Assembly: GCA_012295275.1 (NCBI GenBank)
Contig: CM022676.1
Span: 13,392,001 to 13,456,000, forward strand
Direction: 5' to 3'
Origin: Chrysomallon squamiferum
Lineage: Eukaryota > Animalia > Mollusca
Length of the DNA: 64,000 nucleotides
Shown here: positions 14,805 through 27,460 of the stretch, one piece after another
Numbering within the stretch: position 1 is the stretch's first letter
How the letters are laid out: each line of letters begins with the position of its first letter
Notes under the pieces: model-generated
Told to the model about the DNA's origin: nothing
Seen by the model: only the letters and a program-made list of their open reading frames with translations
Databases searched by the model: none
Program-made: the position numbers and the translations under genes

Positions 14805-16792
14805 ACTTATCAGTTTCTCGTTCCAGCCAAGGCTCTAGTGTGGTTTATTAAATGATGTGGTATGTTGATCCTGACTGGGAAAACCGCGTTGTTTTTGATC
14901 AAATAACTTATTTTAGTCGTCACCACATTTCCTCTGTCAGTCTGAAACTTAACAGCACAAGATCACTGACAGAAACTGGTAAAATAAAATATTTCTTCTT
15001 TTTAACATGTGAACTGTCGTCTGCTGCGTTATCAGCCTAGGCTACAATATTATTACTACTACCATCAAAAAAAAAAAAAAAAAGTAAATAAGTACATAAA
15101 TCAATCAATAAATAAATAAGTACATAAATAAACGAAAAAACAAAGAACAGTACATAAGCAAATAAACAAATGAAGAATGAAAGATAGAAATGAAAAAAAT
15201 AAGGAAAGAAAATGAGAAATGAAAACAGTAAAATATTATAATAATATTATAAATATAAGATCAAAATATAATAATAAACAAATAAACAAAAACCAAACAA
15301 ATAAGTGCATAAGCAAGTAAATAAATGAAGAAAGAAAGAAAGACAAATAAAAAAGAAAAATAAGGAAAGAAAAAAAGTAAAAAGAGTAAAATATTTTTTC
15401 CTCTCTTTCTCAACTGATTTCTGTTTCAGCTGCTTGGAAAAAACGGAAAACAATTGTAATTATAATTGTTGTTGTTATTACAAACTGTTATGTCATTCTT
15501 TTTTATATTATCTTTTTTTTAATTGTCTGAAATAATTTTATACCAAGATCCTGGTATGTTTGTATCATGAATGTACTGATCGTTTTTTTTTTTTTTTTTT
15601 TTTTCTTTTTAACTATTACCATATCATGCGAAATGCATTCTGTTCGATACAGGGAAGTTCTTTTATTTCTTTGTTATCGAAGGAATAAAAAAACACATAA
15701 ATATATCTTTATGTTATTTGCAACAATTCTGTTAAGTCATGTAGTTTTGTCATTAATGGATTACACTCTAAACTCTATTGACAACAGTTTTTATTCATAC
15801 TGAATTACTTTATTTGAAGTAATTCTTATACAAAATACAGCAAATACTGTATGATGGGCGTTTTCTCTTATTCTTCACAATACTATTCAACTATAATGTG
15901 CACCTTTTCTGCTAACATTTTCAAAAGCCTTCAATTTGCAATTATACTCATGTCACAGTAAACTCGTGGGAACATACTTTAATAGTGGTGGGTAACACAG
16001 CTGGGGGGAGTTGCTGTATGTTTCACATAATCTCCACTAGCCTCCTAACATAATTTCCAGTTATAATTTTATTTCAGTAATTAGTTTTGTTAACCTTTTG
16101 TATGCACAACTGTATATGATTTTTCATCTGTTAAAATAATAAGAATTAGTCTTTCTGTCTGTCAGTCCATCTCACCTAAATATATATAAAGAAACTGACG
16201 CACATAAGCAAACACTCATACAAATACAGGAATACACATTTTTAGATGCATATTTACATAGATATACGTACACATGTAATGTAATGAAGAAATGTAAATT
16301 AATTTCTATATTTGACTTACAGCTTCTAGATATGAATATTATTATGTTTTTGTAATATTTTCTTTCTTTCTAGATTTGCTTTAAGTTCTAAAAGTGAATA
16401 ATGTGTTACAGAAATCTGTAAGAAACTCTAGTTTAATTCAGATATTCTATATTTATGTAATGTTCTATGAATATGTGAAGGAAAAATAGCACATAATACA
16501 AATGCTGATGAACTTCTAACAATCTTAGATGACTAATATTATGTAACTGTTAAAACAAATATAAACTGAGTATTGGCAACATTAAAATGTGTAAATATGT
16601 GTGCATAATAATTTAGTTAGGATAGATGTACGTATTTGTAAAAGTATTAACTACACATAAATACTGTGTAATGTAAAATAGATATGTAATCTATCACAGA
16701 TGAGTAGCAATGAACATGCATGCATGTAAGCCATACACATGCACATATATAGACACATATAAACACATGCAAACAATCACTGACATTCAAAC

Positions 16793-16839
<47 letters not shown>

Positions 16840-18244
16840 TGAGAATCAAGTAGCTTTAACCTTACACTGACAAAGTAAACAAAAAGCTAATTTTTTTAAT
16901 TAACAGAAACAAGGACAATAAAGTAGTCTGAAATGCATCTGATTTACTGTTATAACTGGAGTGATATGATGGTTAAAAATACTAGCTGATTGTATTGTAC
17001 GTTTGTTATAGGACTGTAACATGTACATTTTCCTTCTATCTATTTTGCTATAGATGTCTAAATGTTATATACATCCCTCATAACAAGCCAACTTAATTAT
17101 TGTTATATACAGTTTGAAGTTAGTAATGTTATCAAATATTGTAAATTACAGTTTTAATATTTAATCTAATCACTGAAAATCTGATACATATCTATAATTA
17201 TTATTATTATTATTATTTTCTTTTTTTTTGCTTTGTTAACAGGAATAAAGCATGGAGTAAAATGCATAATATACTAAAAACAGGCGATGTTGAGTCAGTT
17301 AAGATAATTATTACATCTATTTATTTCACTATGTTTTAGTATCATTATCAAAGTTCAAAACTGAGCTGAAGAGTAATTTTAATTGTATTCGCCATTAGCA
17401 TTCTATTTAATATGATCCTTCTACTTACATGATTTCTATTTTGCCTCTGTTTTCTGTGAAACACTAGATGGAATAAAATATTGTCACAGAAAAAATTTCT
17501 AAATACCATCTATTACTTAAATAATAACAAGTTTGTTAAAGGAAGGAGTGGAGTACACTGACTGACTGACTGTGTTGTTTCTGCTGTTGTAAATTCTATT
17601 ACAGTACATTAAAACATTTAAAAATGTATAAAAAATGTTATCTGCAGGAAAACTAGCAGTAAACAGAAAAATAAATGAAAAAAGATAGCTAACATTAAAA
17701 ATAAATACATAAATCTAAGAATTTTGAGTAAATTTCCTAAAAGTAGAAAAAAATAAAATAAAAAGTAAAAAGTCTGGGCTTCATGTTTTGATAAAATTGG
17801 AGTTAGTAACTTTAACAAATGTATTAAAGTATAAGTTTAATGTAATAAACAAAAATGTTATTTTTATTTTATGAGTAAAGGAGGGGATGAGACACAACAG
17901 TATGTAAGACTCCAACCAAGTGACAGTTATTTAACTAATCTATAAATACACATTATGTATTCATATACAATTACCTATTAATATAATAATATTAACACAA
18001 TTTTATACCTAAATAGTAAAGTAATATTAAAAATTATGTAAATTTTCAAACTGGACTTGATCTGAAAAATTATACATTTGTCACCAATACCAATATTATA
18101 ACAATTGTTATTATTAAATTTACATTATTGATTTTGCATTATAAGATTTTGGAGTCTTTATATTAAGAACAGTAGAAACTGAACAGAGATTACTTGAATG
18201 ATTAGCACAGGGTCAGGGGGAGAAATGGGATGTATGCAACTTAC

Positions 18245-18277
18245 TGCTTGATGTTGTTGTTCCTACTGTTGTTGATT
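18245..18277 (-). pseudogene. 33-nt Thr-rich stalk micro-exon
   Basis: tattag|AATCAACAACAGTAGGAACAACAACATCAAGCA|gtaagt (ESTTVGTTTSS); same length and phase as 32974-33006. Confidence 0.55.
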
Positions 18278-18927
18278 CTAATATAAACACATTAAAATAA
18301 ATAAAATAAGAAATACATAGGAATTAAGACTTTGGATGGTAAAAAACAAGTGAAATGGAGATAATACATTGTAAAAAATAAAAATAAAAATATCCAACAA
18401 ATAATAATATTATTATTACTATTCTAATCATTATGTAATATTAAAGGACAAGCTAATGTGAGAAGTGTAATCTGACTACTAAAACTAGACAAGTAACAGT
18501 AATATCTAATTTACAAACTATAATTTCAGATAATAAATCAGAAATATAATCATATCAAATGTAAATATTCTGTTTTGTCTCATTAAAACATCCATACAGC
18601 ACATTCCGCAACAAAATACACTGACAACACAGGTCAACAATTCCTGATTGGTAAATTCTGAGTTCAGGCCAAAACTACTGAAAAGGGTTTATTTGTGGGG
18701 AAAAAGAAAAAAAAACATCTCTACATTATATAAAAACAAAGTATGTAATAATAACACTGATGTTCTATCATCTATGGGGGAATAAAAGAAAAATAAAATA
18801 AACTGGAGTTTGAAGTTATCACAGTTTTAGTTAATATATTGTTAATCTGTTATAGAAGTTCTTAATTCAAACATAATCAAGACCGTTAAAAAGGTTTTAC
18901 TTTGTATAAAACACCCAGCAGATTTTG

Positions 18928-18967
<40 letters not shown>

Positions 18968-19239
18968 TGCATTAAGCTATACATTTATCTGTGGTAATAA
19001 GCCTAATAATTTGAAATACTCAGTCTGTAAGAAAAACTATCAATACAGACATTTTTTAAAAACAAAAAAAGACAGAAATGAAGTGTTCCTTGCTTAGTTA
19101 AGCAGAATCCATAAACAATCAGTACATCTTGAATTTAATTAAAATAACCTATCATGTTGTGTAGTAGCTAAGTGTATTGATCTGAATCATATAAAAAGTT
19201 TGGAATTAAAATCAATTAAATTTGAAATTCCTTAATTTG

Positions 19240-19886
19240 TTATTTATTTTTCACATTAATGAAGGTAACATGTAACGGAGAATGCTGTTCAGTGTGATAA
19301 TCAACATCTTTGTGATTCTGTCTGGCAGGATGTTGGGTGATTGTTGTACTGCCACTTTTATCATCAACTTCATTCAGTGAATCAGTGACTGACTGTTGAC
19401 AATCTTCAGATCTTGTGTGTTCTTTACAGACATCTTTACTAACAGGTTGACTTGCAGGTTGTATAGTGATTTCATTACGTGAGTAATCTTCAGACCTTTC
19501 ATCCTCTTCATCATTCCCTTGATAACTGGGTGAAGATTCATTAGCAATCCTAACTTTGACAGACTGTAAACTTTCTACATCTTCATTGTGACGTTTTTTG
19601 AAAATCTTCTCTTGGATGTTAGAATTTTGTTCTGCTTTGCTAACAGTAAAAGCTGTTGTCTCAGTTTGAATCTTTTCAGTGTTGCTTTCACTGCCCAGAT
19701 CAACATTTTCAGTTTTATTTGTTTCCTTTGTGTTTTGGTTTCTTAGTGATATCAAACAATATGTTACGATTATACAAAGACCTGTGACACTGATAATAAT
19801 GAGGATAGTACAAACTAAATTACAGGAAGAACCTGATCCCAGGTTTGGAGTTGTTGTAGGAACATTTGTTGAACTTCTTTCTTCTG
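19240..19886 (-). CDS. Stalk+TM+cytoplasmic tail terminal exon (open frame; host gene probably pseudogenised)
   Basis: Phase-1 acceptor tttttag|CA; AEERSSTNVPTTTPNLGSGSSCNLVCTILIIISVTGLCIIVTYCLISLRNQ... open to the stop at 19240. Confidence 0.65.
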
Positions 19887-20499
19887 CTAAAAAGGAAATA
19901 TACCATTCATTGATTCATCCATAACTTATAGTATCTGAAATTTTAATTTGTTTATTTGTGTTTTTCAGGATCATATATGTTTTAAAGTATTAACAGAAAG
20001 TTGTAAAATAGGAACATGATAACATTAATAATAATTAATATGTAGGAATCTGGATTATTGTCATATTAAACAATCTGTAGGTTATTTGATGTAACACTAC
20101 AAAATCACTCATATGAATTATTTAAAAAAATTCATGTTAATGAATAATATAAGCAAAATGTCCATGACAGTAATAATTAATTTTTTGTTTTAAAAGTGCA
20201 ATACACAGCTTTAAAAATTACATAATTATAGTTAATGTTTAATTAACACACACACATATACACACACATACACATATCAAAATAATTCTTCATTAAATGA
20301 CTCTTGTAAATAGCAAATGTCTTTTGTTTCAGTTTCAGTATTTTTCTAGATGGCTGAACATTTATGCCTTTAAATGGTTTGAACTTCCTTCTCATGCAAT
20401 TTCCAGTCATTTCTAGACCTGATTTTGGCAAATGTCTTACCAGATGACAAAATAAAATTAAAACTTGCAAAATATGAGCTTTGTCCAAAATTGATGACC

Positions 20500-20593
20500 T
20501 ATTCATTTGTATATCACTGATGTTGAATTCATAAGGGGATACAAAACATACATTTCTTTATGGTTAATTGTTATAGAATGATTATATGGACCA
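20500..20593 (-). pseudogene. Decayed exon starting DGP, paralogue of 30723-30960
   Basis: ggtag|ATGGTCCATATAATCAT (DGPYNHSITINH...VIYK*); typical Ig-linker start followed by a stop. Confidence 0.4.
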
Positions 20594-21327
20594 TCTACCA
20601 AGAGAGTGAGAGAGATAGAGAGAGGGGGGAAGAAAGAAGAAAGATTACAATATACAGTGTACATCAAATGTATAATATTATTAAGAATTATTAGACTTGA
20701 ATGTTCTGTAATAATGTTGATATAAGACAGAAACAGAATGTAACTATTAAACCATCACTCATTTTTATCAGAGAAAAAACATTTTAACAAACACTTTTGA
20801 TAAAAGTAACATAAAGCTCTGGTTTCAGTTAAAATCTTAGGAGATTGATCTTGCTATTTATCATTCAACATCTTTCATTTCACTATACCTAATCATTTTC
20901 TGAACACACACTAAAACCAACGTGATACAAAGGTGTCTTACTTAGTTTAATAATCCATCACAACTAAAGCTTATTTGCCAGTAATTAATGTGTTGTAATA
21001 AGATCAAAAAAGTGTTTCTTTACTAATTAAAGAAGTACAAGACATTAACTAATAAGTCATTGGAAATCAAACAAAAATAATGAACCCGAAGAAGGCCTAT
21101 AGATATCATATATATATATATATCAAAAAAAAAAAATATATATATATATATATAACAACAAAAATAAAAATAAAAATAAAAATAAAAATTATATTACACT
21201 CATGCAGACACATACAAGTAGTCTGAAGAAACATCTAATTTTTGTGTCATTATTTGAACCAGGCAACAAAATGATATTAATAAGAACTTGTAGTAGATCA
21301 TTGTGAATTAATATGAATGAAACCAAC

Positions 21328-21625
21328 CTTGCTTATCAAGGGTTGCTAGATGACATGTGATAATCACCATTAGCAGCTGAACAAACCAAACTTTTCCCAT
21401 TATCTTCTGTATTAAATGTTTTATTTAAACTGTTCCTTGTTACAATACCAGAGTCAGGAATTGTCTCAGTGGAGCTGGTAATGCCGTCTGTTAACTTTGT
21501 ACCATTTAAAGTCCATGTGATTACAGCTTCTGGATAACAAGGGTTAGTTGAACAGTTCAGCTGTGTAAGAATTGCTGGCTTTACTGGAGTTGATCCAGTT
21601 GTTACAGAAATGTTCTCCAAAGGAA
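21328..21625 (-). pseudogene. C2-type Ig exon with terminal 2-nt deletion and stop
   Basis: VPLENISVTTGSTPVKPAILTQLNCSTNPCYPEAVITW...DNGKSLVCSAANG...SSSNP*; 298 nt vs 300 nt in gene B. Confidence 0.85.
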
Positions 21626-23644
21626 CTTGAAAATGAAAATAAAACAATAAATACAGAAATCCTGTGAATTAATAATTAATATGTTTTACCATTATAAAAT
21701 ATTTACTTCCAAATGGAAGAAAACATGGATTTTAATTTTTATTTTTATTTTTTAATTATGTTTTTAAATTTTATTTTATTATTTTATTATATTTATTAGT
21801 GATATGGAAAACATTGTTAACCTTAATATTAGTAATAGGGCTGTACAACAAAACAACAGGTGATGAAGTGACACATGGGTAAAATATTTATTTTCAGATT
21901 TTGAGTTTCACAAAATATTTAGACAGGGTTTATTGCTCTAACATTTCATTTACTGTGTGAAAATCTTTCACCATTATATGCTGATATCCATGTACCATTA
22001 ACAAAGAAAATTCAAAATCTGGATAGTGGTTCAAAACCTTTAATGTTCTAGAAAACAGAAGATAGATATTTATAATGCACTGTCCTTGAAGGGCTGTTGA
22101 AGAATATTGTGGATGTCTTAAAATACTGGTCAGATTTGGATATTTACAAAAAAAGGTGCTTGTACAACTAATCTATTATGTGACCAGGTATGCTGTGACT
22201 ACCTAATTAAACTTAATGAAAAGAATCTTGAGAAGAAACTGATGGATGACACAAGCAATGAAAGTACATTTCAAATTTTAACATAAGAGTCGTATTCAAG
22301 TTTATATCTTATTTGCATATGAAAAGCTAATAAAACTGCAATCCCTCTCTATTTTTTAGTAAAAAAGTAAAAGTTTAAAAAAAATAATAATAAAAATTGC
22401 TGTTGCGAGAAAAACTTTTAAAAAGGAAGCTAGAACTTACAATGTTTGATCTCCAGTGCTAAAAATAAACACACATGTGGATTCCTTACATAACTACCTT
22501 TCCTGCCATTCTAACAAACTGCTGGTTACTGAGATATTTCAGTCTAAAGACTGGTGGGTATGCTCATTTTCAACACAAATATCAAATTTGAATCACCTGT
22601 TAAAATGATTGAGAATAGCATAGATAACAAATGAAGTAATGTTAAAAAATAAATATATCTATGGCAACATTTTTGCTGACTGACTGCTTTAATCTGATAT
22701 TTATTTTTCAAAAATATTTTTAGCTGTATATGTATATATTATATATCATGAGCTCTTTTCCTAAATCGTACAATTCCATTTTTATTGTTATGAGAATTAT
22801 TCTTGAACTAGTAATATTTTTCTGACAGAAGTTTCTAGACTTAGTAGGAACTTGACAAGCAATTAAATTTGAATCTACCAACAATATTGCTGATTACATA
22901 ACCATTTTGTTTCCGAAAAAAAATATGATGTGGATCTCCTACAATGTCTCCGTTTTGCAAAATGTTAGAAACAACATAAAAGAAAAAACGTTTGATTGTG
23001 TCCATCTTCCTGAGTGGTGTATCTCTCACATCTTATTAAGAAAACACCAGTAAATAACTGCGCCGAATCTACGAAATTTCCACATTTCAGTGATAGCTCT
23101 CTGCACATACGGTACGCTCCTAACAGATGTAGTCACCCAAATTCTGCTTTGTAACACAAGCTGATGGTGTGTCATATTATTACTAGAATTCTTAGTGCGC
23201 AAAACTGTTTAAAACTTTAAAATTTTACGACTCACGTGTGAAAAGTGCTCCGGTTATTCTGCTTGGACGTTTGTTGTGATTTCTCTTTTCTAAATATTAG
23301 AGAAAACAACACAAAACGGATAACTTTAATAACTGAAAGAGGTAAACTACACCATAACCTGTCGTCTTCGTTGGTATTTTCCATCGATTCCAAATATCCC
23401 ATCCAGTGAATTATCGTAACCTCACAGGTTTTCGGTACATTTGATGCATGGCCATAAGCAATTAGTCTCTTATATGAACTATTTTGCAACCCGCCAGGTC
23501 TCAGATTAACTGGTCTGTAGTCTAGTTAGTTTGCGAGCCTTTCCTCTAAATCTGAATATCAAATTGGTGAAGCAAGCCAATATGAATGTTTAATTAGTAT
23601 GATTTCTCGGAAGGTGTCGTACTGTACTTACGTCAGTAAGTTAA

Positions 23645-24359
23645 AAGTTACGAATGCACCAACTTACGAGTTTTTCGAGTTTCGAGCAGCCGCCCGGTCT
23701 ATTTTTTGCTTTTGTTGGGAGACAAAATCCGAGTTACGAACAAACACAACAACCGCACATCATTCCTCGTTTGCTTTATGTCGTTACTTCGCCGTGGAAG
23801 CATCTCTGTTGTGTTGTGCTCGCGTTTTGTGCAGTATTTTGCCAAATTTCCATGGATCCTAAGAAAGTGAGTGCAAAGGACAGTGCTGAGAAGAAGAAGC
23901 GGAGATGTCCACTGAATTAAAGCATGAAATCATAGAAAAACATGAGCGAGATGTACATGTAGTAAACTTGGCTAGACAGTACGAGTGTAGTACTTTTACG
24001 ATGTGTACCATACTGAAGCAGAAGGAGTCGATAAAGGCTATAACTGCAGCCAAAGAACTAAAATAATTTCTAAGCTCCGAACCTTTGTCCATAAAAAGAT
24101 GGAGAAATCCTAACCCTGTACACTTTACAAAACCTATTTATTTCTTTACATTCTCTTTTATTATTTTTTTTAAATGCAATATTTGTCATCTATGCATACA
24201 TTTTTCTTATTTAAAAACACGTTACAAAATATTTGGATGGTTTGGGAAGGCTGGAACGGATTAATTGTATTTCAAATAATTTCAGATGCGAAAATTGATT
24301 TGATATACGAGCAAACTCGGTCACAGAACAAATTAAACCCGAAAGTCAAGGTGCCACTG
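23645..24359 (+). mobile_element. Internally deleted Tigger/pogo-like DNA transposon
   Basis: From ATG 23852: MDPKKVSAKDSAEKKKR / ELKHEIIEKHERDVHVVNLARQYECSTFTMCTILKQKESIK, a frameshifted CENP-B/psq-type HTH. Right end AAGGTGCCACTG followed by TA; left TIR eroded. Confidence 0.8.
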
Positions 24360-24613
24360 TATTTCGATAATGACATGAATTGAATTTGTTGCGCTTGATG
24401 TGCACTGTTATCAGTGATGGGGACTATAAATATATTTTCTTGGTCTGTTATTACAAGTGTAATCTATGCGATTACAAAACTGTGGAAAATTAGGTGTTTC
24501 CCCGGTCTGTGTCCAACCAATCAGCCTCTGTGTGTGTGTCGTAGCAACTAGGAAGTTCTTATCTCTTTGTTTGCCTTATAATGTGATCTGAATTCTTTAC
24601 TATTATTATTATT

Positions 24614-24706
<93 letters not shown>

Positions 24707-25228
24707 GTCTCTTTCTATTTGTTTTTGAAGTATTCCTCATGTTTGTTTTAAATAATGTTAACTTGTCAAGTGGTGCATTGTTTACAAAGTTGTTCCCGTT
24801 TTACAAAAAATACTTGTGAATCTGAATAGTATATAGTAATCCCATCTTAACATGATTTGTTGTGAGAAAGTATGACAAAAATAAAAATTATGTTTCTGTA
24901 CTCTTGACTTATTGTTTTGTATTTATATTTATTATTGATGTTTTCTTTTTAAAGACGTGATAAAATATTAATTTAACAATTAAGTTTATTTTGCTAATAA
25001 CATTTACCTAAAATGTCACAGTGGGAAATTTTACATTTCGTTTACGAGGCACCAAGTATTCAACAGATACAATATTTCATTTTCTGTTAGCTCATGACAA
25101 ATAGCAATTTGATATTTTGAAAATATGACAGGCCATAGTTACTATAGGACCATCTACTCATACTGAAAAAATAACATTCTTAGTAAGTGCTGGAACCAAA
25201 TAGGTTTCTACCTAATGAATAATTATAT

Positions 25229-25314
<86 letters not shown>

Positions 25315-25368
25315 TCTTCTTAATATTATGATTATTATTATTATTATTGTTGTTGTTGGTGTTGTTGT

Positions 25369-25401
<33 letters not shown>

Positions 25402-25534
25402 TATCATATTCATTAATTCATTCCTTCTATTTTATTTTCCACTCGTCTTTGGAAGAATGACATTTTTCATGATACTTAATGGTTCAAGTCATAAACTTTT
25501 TACAACTGAGACAGAAATAGACGCTACACTATAG

Positions 25535-25630
25535 CGAGATCGCTGCAGTAATAACATGACACATTAAGTTAACCTAGATACAGTGCAACTGGTGTACCTG
25601 GAAGAAACAAGTTTAGTCACAACATTCACA
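25535..25630 (+). promoter_or_regulatory. Cassette promoter upstream of gene B leader
   Basis: CGCTGCAGTAATAACATGACAC...CCTAGATACAGTGCAACTGGTGTACCTGGAAGAAACAAGTTTAGTCACAACATTCACA-ATG. Confidence 0.65.
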
Positions 25631-26722
25631 ATGCCGTTTTTTGGATATTTAATTATTTCTGCCGTTGTTAATGGATACTGTCTAGGTAAGTTTTGGAAGT
25701 TGCTGGATTATACTACAATAAAGATTTCATGATTCATGTCTTGAACATTTTAAACTATAATCATTCTGTGTTCTGCATAAAGCTAGACCACATTTGTTGT
25801 TCAAATTTCATATTTGAAGTAACATTCTGTTATACGATTCAGCTCTAGTGTGACATCAATATATAATCGTAGCATCTTCAGTGAAATCATTTCGACAGTT
25901 TTTGAGACTATAAGCGATGAATAACCAATGGAGTTTTCGTGCGGTGAGAACGATGCAAAACGTGAACACTGTCGAACTGATTTGTTGTAGAGTTCATTTA
26001 GTCAATCTGTTGTTAAGACGATAACGTATAGGAATAAAACTTTTGACTGTTTATTTAATGTTTTCATGTCAACTTGAAGTTACAGTTTGCATCATATTCT
26101 ATAACTGTAGGAAAACGAAAATTGATTTCATTTTGATTTTCTCATTTTTCTGTTAATTCGTTTTTGACAAGCGCTAAATCCAGGACAAGAAAATATCTAT
26201 TGTACTGGAATTTGTTTGGGTATATATCGACCCAGGATTCGTACACGTGCATGTGAATTTATTAATTTTATATTATTATACCAGTTCAAACACGATAAGT
26301 GGAGCGAATATCATGTCTGTAATAACTGGTGTAAGATGAAAAGAAACCAAATGACAAAATAGAAAGAATAAAATATATCAAGATAAAATTAGATTATTTA
26401 TAAACATTCAAAAGAATTTAGATTTTATTCAGTAAATAGACATGTTCCAGATTAATCTATAACAGTATAAATAATTCAGTTTATTGTAAATGAATTTGCT
26501 AATTCAGTTTTTTGCCTATAAGTAAATAATAAAATAAATAAGATGGAAAATTGTAGACGTTTTTACACAGTGACAGCGCTGTACAATAATGCAAGACAAT
26601 ATATTAAACTAGATGCAGTTACACACAGTATATACATATTTAGTTGTTTCTATCATGATTTTTAGATTTATTTATTTATTTATTTATTTTTGTAGGAGAT
26701 GTAGTGCCTTTTTATAGATATA

Positions 26723-26758
<36 letters not shown>

Positions 26759-27411
26759 AAAGTTACTGAGAAATGAGAAGGTATAATTACAGTAGATCAG
26801 ACCTACTCAGTTGGAAAACAAAAACAAAAATTTAGTTAATAATGCAACTATGTTTGGACATATCATGAAATTTCGAATAGTTATCACAAATATCAATGCG
26901 CAGGTTCAACTTCACCTTTTTGTTATGTTTGCCATTTCCAGATCTAAATAAAAATATATCAATGAATTCTTAGAAGTCCTTCTATTTTGTTTCGCTATTT
27001 GTGGTGGAATTTCTTTTTCTTATGTATTCGAATGCGAGACAATTTGTTGGTTCTAAGAATTTTAATGAATCTAGAGTGTAAGATCATCATCATCATCGAC
27101 ATCATTATTATTATTATTATTATTATTATCATTATTATTGCTATTATTATTATTATTATTTTGTTGTTGTTGTTGTTATTGTTATTGTTGTGTTTATTAT
27201 TGGTTATTTTTATTATTATTATTATTAGTAGTAGTAGTAGTAGTAGAAGTAATATCAGCAGCAGCAGTTAGTAGTAGTATTTGCGTTCCGCAACAAAGAA
27301 AGAATGGAACAAAGATCTGATTACTATGGTTAGAAATCATTTCACTATTTTCCTTGATAAGATAAGCATTTTGTATTGTTATTTTTCTTGATAGTTAGTA
27401 ATAGGCAGATC

Positions 27412-27460
<49 letters not shown>

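Noticed and set aside
25631-25700. Cassettes as spliced-leader RNA genes
   Set aside because: Leaders vary in sequence while keeping a hydrophobic 18-codon frame; no consistent Sm site or stem-loops after the donor.
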